A stretch of DNA of 60,309 nucleotides, the filler included, from Dirinaria sp. TL-2023a (lineage: Eukaryota), in the NCBI GenBank assembly GCA_051941275.1. It is 4 parts of 4 records of this genome, joined end to end, with 100 filler letters (N's around TTAATTAATTAA, not from the genome) between each part and the next. Parts side by side here need not be neighbours in the genome. Positions count along the whole stretch, not along the records: positions 30,218 to 45,216 come from JAVEBF010000567.1; positions 45,317 to 60,309 come from JAVEBF010000568.1; 2 more parts are not named here. The stretch is one strand, 5' to 3'. Positions 36,953-49,297 of the stretch are shown here, piece by piece (position 1 is the stretch's first letter; each line of letters starts with the position of its first letter). Under the pieces are notes generated by a model. The model had not been told where the DNA came from. It searched no databases and worked only from the letters and a program-made list of their open reading frames with translations. A program made the translations under genes and the position numbers.

Positions 36953-38210
36953 TTAAGCCGCCGCGCCAGCAACCCTTGCACGGTCGCTGGCACCCTTGAT
37001 CATGGTCGAGAGGTCGCCGACGGGGATCGCGATGGGGAAGTCGACCGATGCGAGCATGATGGCGAGGAAAATCCACCATCCGGCCATGGAGGTCACGAAA
37101 GCACAAGCGCCTCCTCCCTGTGTGCCTCAATTGTCAGACCACGATCCGAGAGTGAAAAAAGCAACGGGTTACACGATGACGTACCACGACCAACCTCGCG
37201 GCTGTTTTTGCAGCGCTAGTGTTTGCAGGATTCTCAAAGGCCAGGGCCAGGTTGAAGTAGGCACCGGCGAGGAGACTGAATGCCAAAACCAGACTGAGGA
37301 AGATGACGAAGAAGACGATATTGGTGCGCAGGGAGCAGATCAGGAACACGAAGCAGATCATCGCTAATGGAAGAGTTAGTGAACACCACCAACCATGGAA
37401 CGGACCATGACATACCCATAAAGAGCAGGAAGAAGGCGAAACTCGAATTGAATGCTGGTACCGTCTGACCCGCTGGATTGCCTGGGTTTCCCATTGATGC
37501 AGCCATGGCTGTTGGATCGGTGACATAGGCGCCATAAGCATTGTAATAGGGGACGAGAGTTGCGCCAAAAGCCCCCCAGAATGCGCCTGCGTAGATTGTG
37601 AGCCATCCCTTCCACGATCACTTGTGCTCATATGCCTCACCGAAGGTTCCGAAGACGACGAAAGGGAACGTGTTCCCAACGATCCATTCACCGACAGCGC
37701 CCAGGATCATGAGCAGGCAGCCGAAGAAGAAGAAGACACCTAATGGATCAGCGGCCGCGAAGTCAAGAGTTGCTGCAGAAGCGACGACTCACCAGTAGAA
37801 GCTGCACCATTGCCTCCCGCTCCGCGCCATCCCATCAGATCGCACGAAAGCGGCGTCAGGCTCAGGAGAAAGCCAGTGAGTGCCCTAGTGCGGGTTTAGT
37901 AACTTGTACTGTTGTCCGATCGGAACAAACCGATTGTAGCTTACAGTGGGGTTGGGTTGCCGAAAGTCTTGCGAAGCTCACCCTTGACACGGTTTTCAGG
38001 CGATAGGTAGAGCTTTTCGAAGAGCTCAGGAGAGATGGAGATGCTGCCGGCGGTCCTCATACGCTTAAGCGCAGACTCTGGATGATCGTTGGCATTGAGA
38101 TCGTAGGGATTGCGACCCTGCATGGAAGTAGTGCCGTTGACGTTGCCTTGATGGTTGGAGAAGTCTTTCTCCAAAGGCACATCGTCGCTAGAAGCATGAT
38201 TGGTCGACAT
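36953..38210 (-). CDS. alcS: GPR1/FUN34/YaaH-family transporter, AlcS-like
   Basis: SISISPELFEKLYLSP...KGELRKTFGNPTPL, EWIVGNTFPFVVFGTFG, CSLRTNIVF and LPIAIPVGDLS. Multi-exon. Confidence 0.88.
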
Positions 38211-40709
38211 TTTTGCTTTTTCTGTTGTTTCTTTGTTTTCAGGCTTGTGAGTACAACAGTGTTTGGTAGCTTGCAGTGGAAGATATTATGAGCCTTTGAG
38301 ACTACAGGACGTTTAACTTTGTAAAGAGATGAGATCACACAGAAGAATTGGAATCCAGTCAAGGTGAAGTCAAGTCTTTGTCTGCAGACTCGTAGCTTCC
38401 TCCCTGATGACTGTTGTGGCGTATGTCTGGACGCGACAACAGAGTGAATTAAAGTAAGGTCGATGCAGATTGCTCTATCGTCTTATAATCATGGAGCGCC
38501 AAAAAACCCCCCTGTTACAGATTCGCAAGGAGAATTTAAACGCCAGAAAAGTTTGAAAAGATATTTCAGGAGCGGGCGAGCAGGGAAATAAAACAAATAG
38601 GAGAAAGTATGTAAGTACGGAGCACGTCAGGTCGCTACTGCGTTCCCAGGTTCCCACTAGGAGGATTCATCTGCATTGACCTCTCATGCCTGCGCTACCA
38701 CTCCGTACTACGACCTACAACCTACGTAACTGATAGCTAAGTGGTTCATTCGCTATTCCAAGCGGAGAAAGCGCCGCTGGTGAAAGTTCCCAAATCATGG
38801 GCCAGAACGCGTCTGGAGAAGTACAAGTCCTACGTCCTCGTGGCTGGATGATGCCGAACAGCTCTTCACCTCCGCACCCTCTGGTGCCAAAGCTGCAGCC
38901 AATAACGCCAAACCGCTTCGCAGCCTATCAGCGACGCCTGAATCGCACACACGATCCGCCCGAGTCATGGTCGCAGCGCCATGTGCAGCTGGCTTGCAGC
39001 AGACGTCGTGGATGCCGAGACAAGCTTCCAGGTTCGATGGAACTTGATGAGAAAAGAGAGGGAAGCGGAGAGGAGAAGAGAGGGGATTCTGGCACTGGCA
39101 GCATGACGATCTGCTAGTTTGATGACCCCAAGACGTCTTCGTTCTAAATTACTTGGTCCCCGTTTCCGATGGGTGATGAACACTGGGAAGGTGATTCGTG
39201 GGCTTGCGATGAAGGAATGAAGGATGCGGGGGGAAGGTTTGGCTCGATGGCAAGTGTGTGGACCGGCTCGTCGTTGTTTAGTTGGTTAATAATGGTTTAG
39301 ATTGATGAAATGATGAGCCTGTCCCTCGGCATGCCTTGCATCAAGCACTCCAACTCGATCTCAAATCGGAGCATTTGAGCCAAACATGGGGCGTCGCATC
39401 TGCAAGCTGATGTCTTCTTCGAGACACCCTGCCTTAGCCTGCCCGACTAGCTGCCTCTAAACCCCCCAAACCCACCAAAACCTTGCGCTCGAGCCACGCA
39501 CCAGAATCCGCCACCAAACTCGATCCTCTCTCCAATTCCAAATAAGCCAAATTAAACATCCTGCACTCGGAAACTCTGGAGCGCCCGCTATCCGTTCGTT
39601 CCACGCTGCTGGAATCGCCGTTGCGCGGTGGCAGACTTTATGAGCTCCACGTCCACGACCTTCGCTGCCGGCACCGAGACTCGCATGAAGCAGCACTGCA
39701 GTTCCCTAATGCATGCTCGGCAGCAACGACACCCATTCGCATGCCACCAGCCTACATAATTTGCCAGTCCGCCCCATCTCACCATGTACAAGATCCATGT
39801 GCCATGCGATTTTCAGGAACCAACTGTTACTATGACATCCCTACACCAATCAACTCGATCGCGCATCTCAACAAAGAAGGCCTACATAGTACATGAACAG
39901 CAGTTTGCTTCATTATTCTCGTTCACAGGGCACTACTGCGAGGAATGCGGAAGGGAACAACAGGCACAACAATGGGTGGAGAAGAGATGGACAGAGCGCT
40001 ATCGTCAGGGCAAAACTCCGCTGGGACGGAAGATCGGATGGGGGCCAAACGCTGTCATCCCGTACTAGGACGGCCGTTGAGGCTGGTGCTCCCACACTTT
40101 TTCAGCACGCATCCGGCAACACATGGTGCCTGCCTGTGGTAACAATAATAAACCCAGCATGGAACCTTCGCAAGGTTTTTCCCGCTCTTCTACCGCTTCA
40201 ATCTTCAATGCGATGGGAACACGATTTGCTTTCGCATTCACCATTGCCGTAAGTAGTGGCACCTCAGATGCGAGCAACATCTTTGCACAGCTATGGCTCA
40301 GCATTACGTTCAAAGCCATAATAGGTGAGCCCGAGCGATGGTGTTTGACAGCTGTCTTTATGGCGCATCGAGATGGAGCTATATTCAGAGTTCAAAGCCT
40401 CTGGTCAAAAGCCGCACAAGAACAATTGTGCGGCAGTGAAGGATTCATGCCAACTGTGTAAGCATCGAGCGTCTGAACTGTGAAGCATCTTCAGCGAGAA
40501 TTTCTCCTTAGAGAGAGATTGGGAGATTAGGTAGGTAAGCCGTTGGATCGTACTAAAGCTTGTGTGAGACCAGGTAATGACTTCTGTTGCACGGGCTATC
40601 TCGCTAGGATAATTCTGTCACACCCAGTGCTTCTCCCCTCAGCCTAAATCCTCGTCAACATGAGTTGATCTATGAACGTACAGTATCTCGCTTGTGCATC
40701 ACACGCCAC

Positions 40710-41691
40710 TCATTGCACGACATGCAGGCCCCGACGGACGCGAGTATACATGATCTTTCTGTCCCTGTCCTCATATTTAACGTCGTACCAGTCCCACTCC
40801 GTATAACACATTCCACAATACATCACGCTGCAACCACCCTCCCTCTCCACATAATAATCGCACCCTTTCCCTGGACACTTCTTTGTCATGCTTTTCACCC
40901 ACTCCTCGCTCGTTCTTGTGCTCGGAGCTTCCGGGTGCCTCTCATCATATTCCTGGCAGCTGTACCCATCGTGCCACTCGGATCTATGATTGAAACACGA
41001 CATCGCTCCGCATTCGTGGCAAGTAACGATGGGATTCGTCTGAGAGTAGTGGATCTGTCCGGCGTTGCAGGCAGATGACTGGCACCATCGAAAACGGATG
41101 TGACGCTGCTCGGCTTTCTGTTTCGCGACAAGCTCAAGGCTGGCAATCTGTGAGCTTTGGATCATGGAAATGAAGGTATCGGAGATTGGCATACTTCTCG
41201 TAATCCTCTCTCCACACGAGTTGGCAAACGCCTTCTTTCTCAATCTCGTTCGGGCACTCGATGCAAGCAACCTTGTCCCATGAGCCTTGTTGCTCCAGGT
41301 TTGTCAAGACGTGACGTGCTATACATGCTCTGCAAGCATTCGACTCATGTTGGCACCCTTTCAAGTCTCTCGTCGGCGGGAAATGACGCCTACGATTGAT
41401 TAGCATACTCTGAGTGGGCAATGCAGGGAATGCTCACAGCTCTTTCGTCTCAAAGCAAACGCTACATTCCTTCTCTCCTTTACTCTTTCCCTTTGCTTTC
41501 ACCACTTTACTTGAGTATCCCGGTCCACGATACGTAGGCCTCTTCGATTTCTTTGTATTCGTGGTCACTTTCCCGATTTTAGGCACGCTCCTTCCGCTGC
41601 GGAGTGACATGCCCGGGATGGCGTTCTCAGACATGGAGCGCGTTATACGTCGGTTAGTGATGATGGAAGAGGCTCGCGTTGTGGGCGCCAT
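40710..41691 (-). CDS. Short RBR (RING1-IBR-RING2) E3 ubiquitin ligase-like protein
   Basis: Exons 41691-41438, 41389-41195, 41139-40710. RING1 CSVC..CQH..CRAC..CIEC; IBR FRWC..C..GQIH..CHEC..CFNH..WH...C; RING2 TKKCPGKGC..EGGCSVMYCGMC. Confidence 0.85.
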
Positions 41692-43425
41692 TTTGTCTGA
41701 TCGAGGCTTCGAAGATCTTGAAAAACTGGATGCTGAGACGCAGAAACGCTGGCCAGGAGCAGACAGATGCCTGGACAAGATCGGACAACGAAGGGAAATA
41801 GAAGGTCAAGAACTGAACGGCACCTGTTCCTGAGTCGAGTTGAATCGATCCTCGCAGACACAGAACTGAAAAAGGTTCAGGACGCGAGCCCCGAGACCCA
41901 AGAGGGTCGCTGGAATCAAGCACTGCCCTCGAACGAAGCTTTGTTCAACTTCTAAGCAGAGTTATTGAAAATATTTCAATAGGATCATTTGCTGATGGCT
42001 CAGCAAAGCTCAGCAGCGGTATGAAGAGATGGAGCACCAAGCATGGAGATTGATCGTGGCTCTGCCGAATCACAGATACGATGGTTTAAAAGACAAAAGA
42101 CAGGAGGTCTTCACCTGGAGTGATGAATCTCTTTCGTCATCTGGGACATTTCACATGCGTATTCACGCGTTTATCAGAATAGTGAAGCAGCGAACATAAT
42201 GTACGCGACTTTGTTGCCTAAACACGGTTTTCGCGGTCTGTCTTCAATGAATCTCTTTCGTCACTGTTCATCATAACACTCGTGTGAAAGTGCATAATGT
42301 CTTGTTAGCGTGTGATGTTGCCTGAAATGATAGAGTCAGTAACCCTTGACGAACCCTCACATATAAATCTGTATCGAGATATAGTACTAAGATGTGATGA
42401 TGTTCTTTTGAGACCCCATAGTCAAATCTTTTCTATTCGTATAGATGAATAGTTCCAGATATGGTATTGCATCATGGTGCCATCCGGATTGAATTGCTGA
42501 CAAATATATAGAGTACTCTGTGATCATTTTCAAGATGATGAGGATGAGTATCGTCATTCTATACAAACAAAGCAAACAAATATCAACCAACCAACACATC
42601 TCGGCCCTCGGACTTGCGGATAAAGATAAGTACGCAGTGCTTGTACTCTGTACTTGTACTTGCACTCTACCCGACTGTGTCGATGTTACAACAACGCTTT
42701 GCCTTCATGTTCAATCTCCCACTCAGCCCGTACGACCTGGCCACTTCTCCAAATCAATCTGTTGGTTTTGATCGCAGAATAACAAGATCGGCAGCGGGAT
42801 TGATGTGGAAGATCTCCGCTGACGCATTCCACTCACTCACAATGCATGCTTGAAGATTGGTGAAGCATGGAATCTCGATCCTCGAGCTATTCTTGGTCCA
42901 AGCCTTCTTGGTACTAAGCTACCTTGCCCTTCTTTGGCTCCTTCACCAATTATCCGAAGTACAAAAAGCGGTGCTACTACTTGGCTGATGAATTATTAGA
43001 ACTCAAGGGCATGCGACAGATCTTCGCCGCTTAATTCTTGCGCCCGAAACAACCGAACGGGACGGCACTACGCGGCAGGAACCAGCAGTGGTTCAGCACC
43101 CACCCAGACTACCCAGTCGAAATGCGGACACGTTCAAGCTACGCTCATGTTTCCGCTTCAGAGAGGAGGTTTAGGTGGCGATTGGAAGGCACGACTATCA
43201 CGGAATCTTTAAGCCATGTTTCTGCTCGTCAAATCTCTTTCCTCATGCTTTCGCATCGACACTCTTTTATTTGACTCAGCTGACGCTTGGAGTCATCTTG
43301 GCTGCATCACACTCGTTTCTTGGTACCGTGAACCAGCTTGGAATACCATAAGAGGGCCGTAACACTTCGCCCTAACACTTCATGGTTCCCCGGATTTCGC
43401 TCTAGACAACACTTCAGCGACCATA

Positions 43426-44712
43426 ATGCTCTTGCTTGGCTTGCTATGTGCCGGCTATGCGCTGGCTTATAATCTAGCTCCTGGACATAACCTTGCCTAC
43501 CGCGATGTCTCTGGCAACACTTTATCTCTAGCCCCCACAGCAACATCGACCCCTTCACCCTCGCAGCAGCCCAATTTTACCGTGGATGAGCTGTACGCTC
43601 TGCAGAAGAAGCTCCTGGACAATTTCATCTACCCGGCGAATGCAAAGCAGGTACTTGACCCCTCAACGCATGGACAGTCAATGCAGCTCGGACGCTGACC
43701 CTTCCGAATCATAGGCCAGAGCAATCAACTCCAGCCTCCTTGCCCAAGACGTCCAAGGTCGTGTGGACGTGACTCGAACGTTCAATGGCCGTGAGCTGAA
43801 TACCGAGTACCTTTTCGGCCTCTTCGCCAACCTCGCCGACAACCCCGGCCAAATTTCGTTGCTGGGTGTCCCGCTGTCATACGAGATCCAACACTTCGCT
43901 GCGACTCAGAACATCGTATCTGCCTCGACGAAGTATACCTCCCTGCAACTGGGCAATAAAATGTCAAAGCAAACTCTGACCAAGCGTGGCGCAGATTCAT
44001 GTTCAACTTCACAGCCCTCAACGTCATCCTCCCGATCCGGATCGACAGTTGGAACACATACAACTCGCGCGGCGAGATCACGCAATACGACGCCAGCTTC
44101 ATCTGGTGGGACTGGGCCGTTGCGACTCTCATAGAGGCCGCAGCACCGGTCCTGGGAGCGAAAACCCCGGAGGCAGCGGAAGCGACATTGACACAATTGC
44201 TGGCGAAGAGCATCTGTCAGACCAGCACGCGATACTGCAACGGGACCAACACGCAGTATGCGAGCGATAGCGCGTGTTTGGACTACCTCACTAAGAAAGT
44301 GCGATTTGGCCAGCCGTACGAGCTAGGTGGGTTAGACACTAGATCCTTCCGTTACCCGGCGCCATCCATCCTTCCGAAGGCGGCCCTGCATTTACCTTAC
44401 CCTCTATTGCCTCAGTCCTCTCATTCCACTGCAGAATCCCCCCGAGAGGTAATCTAGCTAACCCAGACATGCTCTCCCCACCACACAGGCCGAAACACCC
44501 TCCTCTGCCGCATGGTGCACCAGAACATGGTGCCCCTGCGCCCCACCGTCCACTGCCCTCACATCGGCCCCACGGGTGGCGGCTACTGCGCCGACGACCT
44601 CTCCTACGCCGAGACCGTGACGAGGGATTATTTCACCAATGCGCCTTACATACCCTTTGACCTTGGAGGGACAGGGAATGTATCCACGCCCAAGGCGAGC
44701 GCGAGATCATGA
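43426..44712 (+). CDS. Conserved fungal secreted protein of unknown function
   Basis: Signal peptide and 3 introns. Motifs [31 protein letters not shown]....CLDYLT and [34 protein letters not shown]. Confidence 0.85.
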
Positions 44713-45216
44713 GGTACATGTCTCGTTTACACGAAAACCATGAATGGGAAAAATAACATTGGCGAGGAGTTGGGTCGGATCAGGGATATGGGTTTTTGGG
44801 TGGGGGGACATGGAGAGAGAGATAGAGGGAGGAGTGTATCACTTATGTTTGCTGGTTTGGTTGGTTTGGTTGGTTGGGTGAGGCATTTCTTAGATGCGTG
44901 ACGATTATAGCATGATATTTTGAACTCTCTTTTTCCCCCCTTCTTTCTTTCTTTCGATATCTGTATCAGTAAGTACTTACCTCGAGAAAACGAAAAAGAA
45001 AAAAAAAATTTACCTTGAAACCCCACCTCTCCACCCCGCCTTCTTTCTTTCTTCTTAACTTTTCTTTTTATCACAAATTGATCAGCGAAGTCGTTGGTAA
45101 TTCTGCGCCTCACGATTCTCTCTCGACACCATTTCATCTTCAATATTCAGCCTATTAGATTTTTTTTTCTTTTGAGATTTTTTGGGAGGGAGCAGTGTGC
45201 TTTCCGACGTGCTATT

Positions 45217-45316
45217 NNNNNNNNNNNNNNNNNNNNNNNNNNNNNNNNNNNNNNNNNNNNTTAATTAATTAANNNNNNNNNNNNNNNNNNNNNNNNNNNN
45301 NNNNNNNNNNNNNNNN
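45217..45316. other. Artificial contig linker
   Basis: N44-TTAATTAATTAA-N44. Confidence 0.97.
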
Positions 45317-45626
45317 GTAAGGTACTAAAGTAGGTATCAAAGCATGCGCCGGGGAGTGAAGGGATCGGATCAAACTAGACCATGATAGGGAATTTTATCC
45401 ACGGTGGAGGGCGGTTTGGTGGGGTCGAGTGTGGAGGATTAAGATCAAGTAGGTAAGTTAGGTTGACGAGAGGCGGGGCAGAGAGAATGTGCAAGTATTG
45501 ACGTTTTTTATTCTGGAGTGGAGGGGTTACCTTTATCAATGCTTCCACTATCTAGGAGATCTATAATTTCCAAGTGAAAATCTGAAAAAGAAATAGAACG
45601 TTTTCCAGAGCTGTCTACCTAATGAT

Positions 45627-47267
45627 ATGGCACCCTCCGACCTCTTCGTCACCCTCACGGCGCCCAATGGCGTCAAGTACGAGCAGCCGATCGGGCTGTT
45701 CATCAGCAACGAGTTCGTCAAGGCCAAGCATGGCGCCATGATCGAGAGTATTGACCCTACGTACGTCCGCAAGCTTTCCTTTCACCTGATTCTGTAGTAC
45801 TTCATTGGCAAATCTACTGACAATTGTTCGCTTCCCAGCACCGAAAAATCCATAACCTCCGTGCACGCTGCATCGGCCGACGATGTCGATGCCGCCGTCG
45901 CCGCCGCCCGCGCCGCCTTTAAATCCCCTTCATGGCGCTCGCTCCCGCCCACAGACCGGGGCGGACTGATGTACAAGCTCGCCTCGCTCGTTGACGAGCA
46001 CGCCTCTACGCTCGCGACGATCGAGACATGGGACAATGGCAAACCTTACTCCGTCGCCCTGAACGAAGACGTCGCCGAAGTCGCCGGCACATTGCGATAC
46101 TACGCCGGGTACGCCGATAAATTGCATGGTCAGGTCATTGATACCGGCCCGGACAAGCTGGCGTACACGATCCGCGAACCGATCGGTGTCTGTGGCCAGA
46201 TTATCCCGTGGAACTATCCGCTGGCGATGGCGGCGTGGAAACTGGGCCCCGCGTTGGCGTGTGGGAATACGGTTGTTTTGAAGTCGGCCGAACAGACGCC
46301 GCTGAGTATTCTGTATTTCGCGACGCTGGTCAAACAGGCTGGCTTTCCTCCTGGGGTGGTGAATTTGCTGAACGGATACGGCAAGGATGCTGGTGCGGCC
46401 ATCGCGAGCCATTTAGGTATCGACAAGATCGCCTTCACGGGCTCCACAACGACGGGGAAGCAGATCATGAAGATGGCCAGCGTGAACATGAAGAACATCA
46501 CCCTGGAGACTGGGGGCAAGAGCCCGTTGCTGGTGTTTGCTGATGCCGATCTGGAGCAAGCGGTCAACTGGAGCCATGTCGGCATCATGTCGAACATGGG
46601 CCAGATCTGTACGGCTACGTCGCGCATCCTGGTTCAAGACTCCATCTATGACAAATTTGTGGACCTGTTCAAGGCGCAGGTCAAGAGTGTGTCTAAAGTC
46701 GGCGACCCGTTCAATGATGAAACGTTCCAAGGCCCGCAGGTCACCAAGGCGCAGTATGAACGGGTTCTAGGATACATTGAAAGTGGCAAGTCCGAAGGTG
46801 CAACGTTGGCCACTGGCGGTGAAGCGTACAAAGACGTCAATGGCAAAGGCTTCTTCATCTCCCCCACGGTCTTCACGAACGTGAAGGACAGCATGAAGAT
46901 CTACCGCGAAGAAGTCTTTGGGCCGTTTGCGGTGATAACGAGCTTCAAGACCGAAGAAGAGGCTGTCGAAATGGCGAACGATACGACGTATGGCCTGGGT
47001 AGTGCGGTCTTTACCAATGATCTGACCAAGGCGCATCGAGTGGCGAGGAACATCGAGGCGGGTATGGTGTGGGTGAATAGTAGCAACGATAGTGACTTTA
47101 GGATTCCCTTTGGGGTGAGTTGCTCGCTTGGAAATTTTGAGGCAAGGGTGACTAATCAGTCGTAGGGAGTCAAGCAGAGCGGGATCGGACGAGAGCTCGG
47201 TGAGGCAGGACTTGCAGCTTATACAAATGCTAAGTCGGTGCATGTCAATATGGGGACTAAGTTATAG
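45627..47267 (+). CDS. NAD(P)+-dependent aldehyde dehydrogenase (ALDH1/2 family)
   Basis: GQIIPWNYP, FTGST, catalytic Glu LETGGKS, catalytic Cys GQICTATS and EEVFGP. Two introns. Confidence 0.95.
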
Positions 47268-47635
47268 CTGTAGCAAATAAGCTCTGGCCAGCCAGAATGG
47301 CATCACTCGCAAGCCGTCACTCGGCCGTGGCGTGGGAAGCTGAAAGCCGATGCCGGCGTTCTCTGCCATCGCTTGCATTGAGGTTTGCAGGAGCGGTGGC
47401 CCAGCGACTCATTGACATCTCGTCAAGTTGTGAAAGCGTAATATTCCCTCGCTCTAATGACCATCTCCCCGTGGCGAATCCGCTGCTACCGACTTCCCCG
47501 TTCTTGCAGTAGCTTCAGAGGCCTAGCAACTATTAAATTGAAAGTGTCCTTGTTTGGCATAGCTGTGCGGCATCGAACGCTGGAGTCAAAAAATGGTTTG
47601 CATGTGGTATATATGATGGCCTCTTGAGAACCGCA

Positions 47636-49297
47636 TCATTCCATGATTTCACTAGCAAATTTACTCCTGGCACGAATTCTGGATCCAAAGAAGATCAGGA
47701 CCCAAGGCACAATGGTAAGTAGTGCAGCGACGCCTCCAAGAAATGAAGAAGCACCCTGGTAAGTCATGCGATTGTACATGAAGACCGTCACCAGCGGAAA
47801 TACGCCACCGAGCATATTCCGACAGAACGATTGAGCGGCCAGCGCAGAGCTAGCGTATCGATGATAGGTGTCTGCGAGGTAATTGAAGACAGCAAGGTAG
47901 ATCGAGTATACACCCATCGTAGCGCACCCAATGGCCAATGTGGGCAATATCCAATGAACATCGGAGAACTGCGTCCAGCCGAACCAGAACAGCCCAATAG
48001 GCATGAGAGCGCTTTCGATGCAGCTGAAGTAAAGACGGCCTTCAGGCGTTGATGAGCTTTTGCCGTAGTGCCGGGCGATCTTCTCATGGTAGATGCTGAG
48101 GATCGTGGAAATAAACGCACCAACACACATGGCAGCGAAGACTGCACCACTTTGTTCGATATTAAAATGATGGTTATTGCCAAAGACAAGGGGTACGGCG
48201 CTAAAGGTCAGGTACAAGACGGCCCAACTGAAAGCAACCCACAGGGAGAAAAAGAACACCACCGGCTCGGTTGAGAGGAGATGGAATGGCCTGTAGATGG
48301 ATATTCCAATCATCTTAGTGAGGGTATCTCTCTCTTCGTCGGACTTGACTTTCCACCGGATCCTTTGACTTTGTCTTTTCCCCTCTCCTTCCATCCGCAT
48401 ATCGAACCCTGTATATCCTGCTCTTTCACGAGCCTCGTACCATTGATTGAGCTTATGCGCCCGTCGGCTGAGGAGGACACTTCCTCTTGTTTCTTTGAAC
48501 AGCAACGAGATGATGAGTATCAGCACTCCGTCGAAAATGACTTGAACGTAGAATACCCATCGCCAAGAAAGACGCTGTGCAATGAAGCCAGAGCACATTG
48601 GTCCCAGACCAGTCCCGAATAGAGCAGCACCGGCAAACAACGACATCGGCGTATTCCTATCCTTTGTGAGGTATATGTCGGATACGATGCCACCGACCAT
48701 AGTACTAAAAGTGCTACCGCCAACCCCGGTGAAGAACCGCGCAGCGAGCATGCCACCATATGAGCGAGTCACTGCGCAGCATAGCTGGCATATAACGAAC
48801 AAGATGCCGGTGGCCACAAGTACCGGCTTCCGGCCATTGAGCTCGGAGAAAGGAGCTAGCACCATTGGCGCAATTCCGAAACCGAACGTGAAAGCCGTAA
48901 TGCCTACATTGATAGCTACTTCGCTCACGCCCCATTCCTCAATCATTTGATTCGTAGCTGCGAAATAAGCTCCTGCCGAATACGCAGTAATCACGGTGGC
49001 AGCACAGGAAAGCCATACAGTACACGTTTTCCGTGCTTCAGCCCACGTGAAAGGAGAAACATAATTGCGAAGGTCCGGTGGCTCTGGTGGGGAAGGTGAA
49101 CCAAAGTCTGCCGAATGTAGACTCGAGGGTGACGGAAGCTCGGTGTCGAAGGTCAAGTAGTGGTAGACGATGGGTGCCCCTGCTTCCAAGGACAATCTGA
49201 TGATCTGGGGTTCCGTGCCCTTCTCAATGGAATTGCTCTCTGACGCATCATCACTGATGTCCGAACGTGTCGGCAGCCTGAGCTCTGGGGCGGCCAT
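47636..49297 (-). CDS. MFS DHA1-family drug:H+ antiporter
   Basis: APFSELNGRKP, ARFFTGVGGS, WRWVFY, FKET, PEGRL and YLADTY..YASSALAA. About 12 TM helices, intronless. Confidence 0.93.
   Translation of the reverse strand: MAAPELRLPTRSDISDDASESNSIEKGTEPQIIRLSLEAGAPIVYHYLTFDTELPSPSSLHSADFGSPSPPEPPDLRNYVSPFTWAEARKTCTVWLSCAATVITAYSAGAYFAATNQMIEEWGVSEVAINVGITAFTFGFGIAPMVLAPFSELNGRKPVLVATGILFVICQLCCAVTRSYGGMLAARFFTGVGGSTFSTMVGGIVSDIYLTKDRNTPMSLFAGAALFGTGLGPMCSGFIAQRLSWRWVFYVQVIFDGVLILIISLLFKETRGSVLLSRRAHKLNQWYEARERAGYTGFDMRMEGEGKRQSQRIRWKVKSDEERDTLTKMIGISIYRPFHLLSTEPVVFFFSLWVAFSWAVLYLTFSAVPLVFGNNHHFNIEQSGAVFAAMCVGAFISTILSIYHEKIARHYGKSSSTPEGRLYFSCIESALMPIGLFWFGWTQFSDVHWILPTLAIGCATMGVYSIYLAVFNYLADTYHRYASSALAAQSFCRNMLGGVFPLVTVFMYNRMTYQGASSFLGGVAALLTIVPWVLIFFGSRIRARSKFASEIME

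Noticed and set aside
38630..38716. tRNA-like sequence on the minus strand (GGTCG...GAGTGGTAGCGC...CGACC)
   Set aside because: No T-arm GTTCRA and no anticodon arm.
39450..40461. Cys/His-containing short ORFs (ELHVHDLRC, HYCEECG)
   Set aside because: No consistent start or splice model and no recognisable domain; possibly an eroded gene but unsupported.
42123..42263. 17-bp direct repeat ATGAATCTCTTTCGTCA
   Set aside because: Isolated pair with no element structure.
36953..47267. alcS-like gene plus ALDH as an ethanol/acetate utilisation cluster
   Set aside because: They lie on different contigs separated by an artificial linker.
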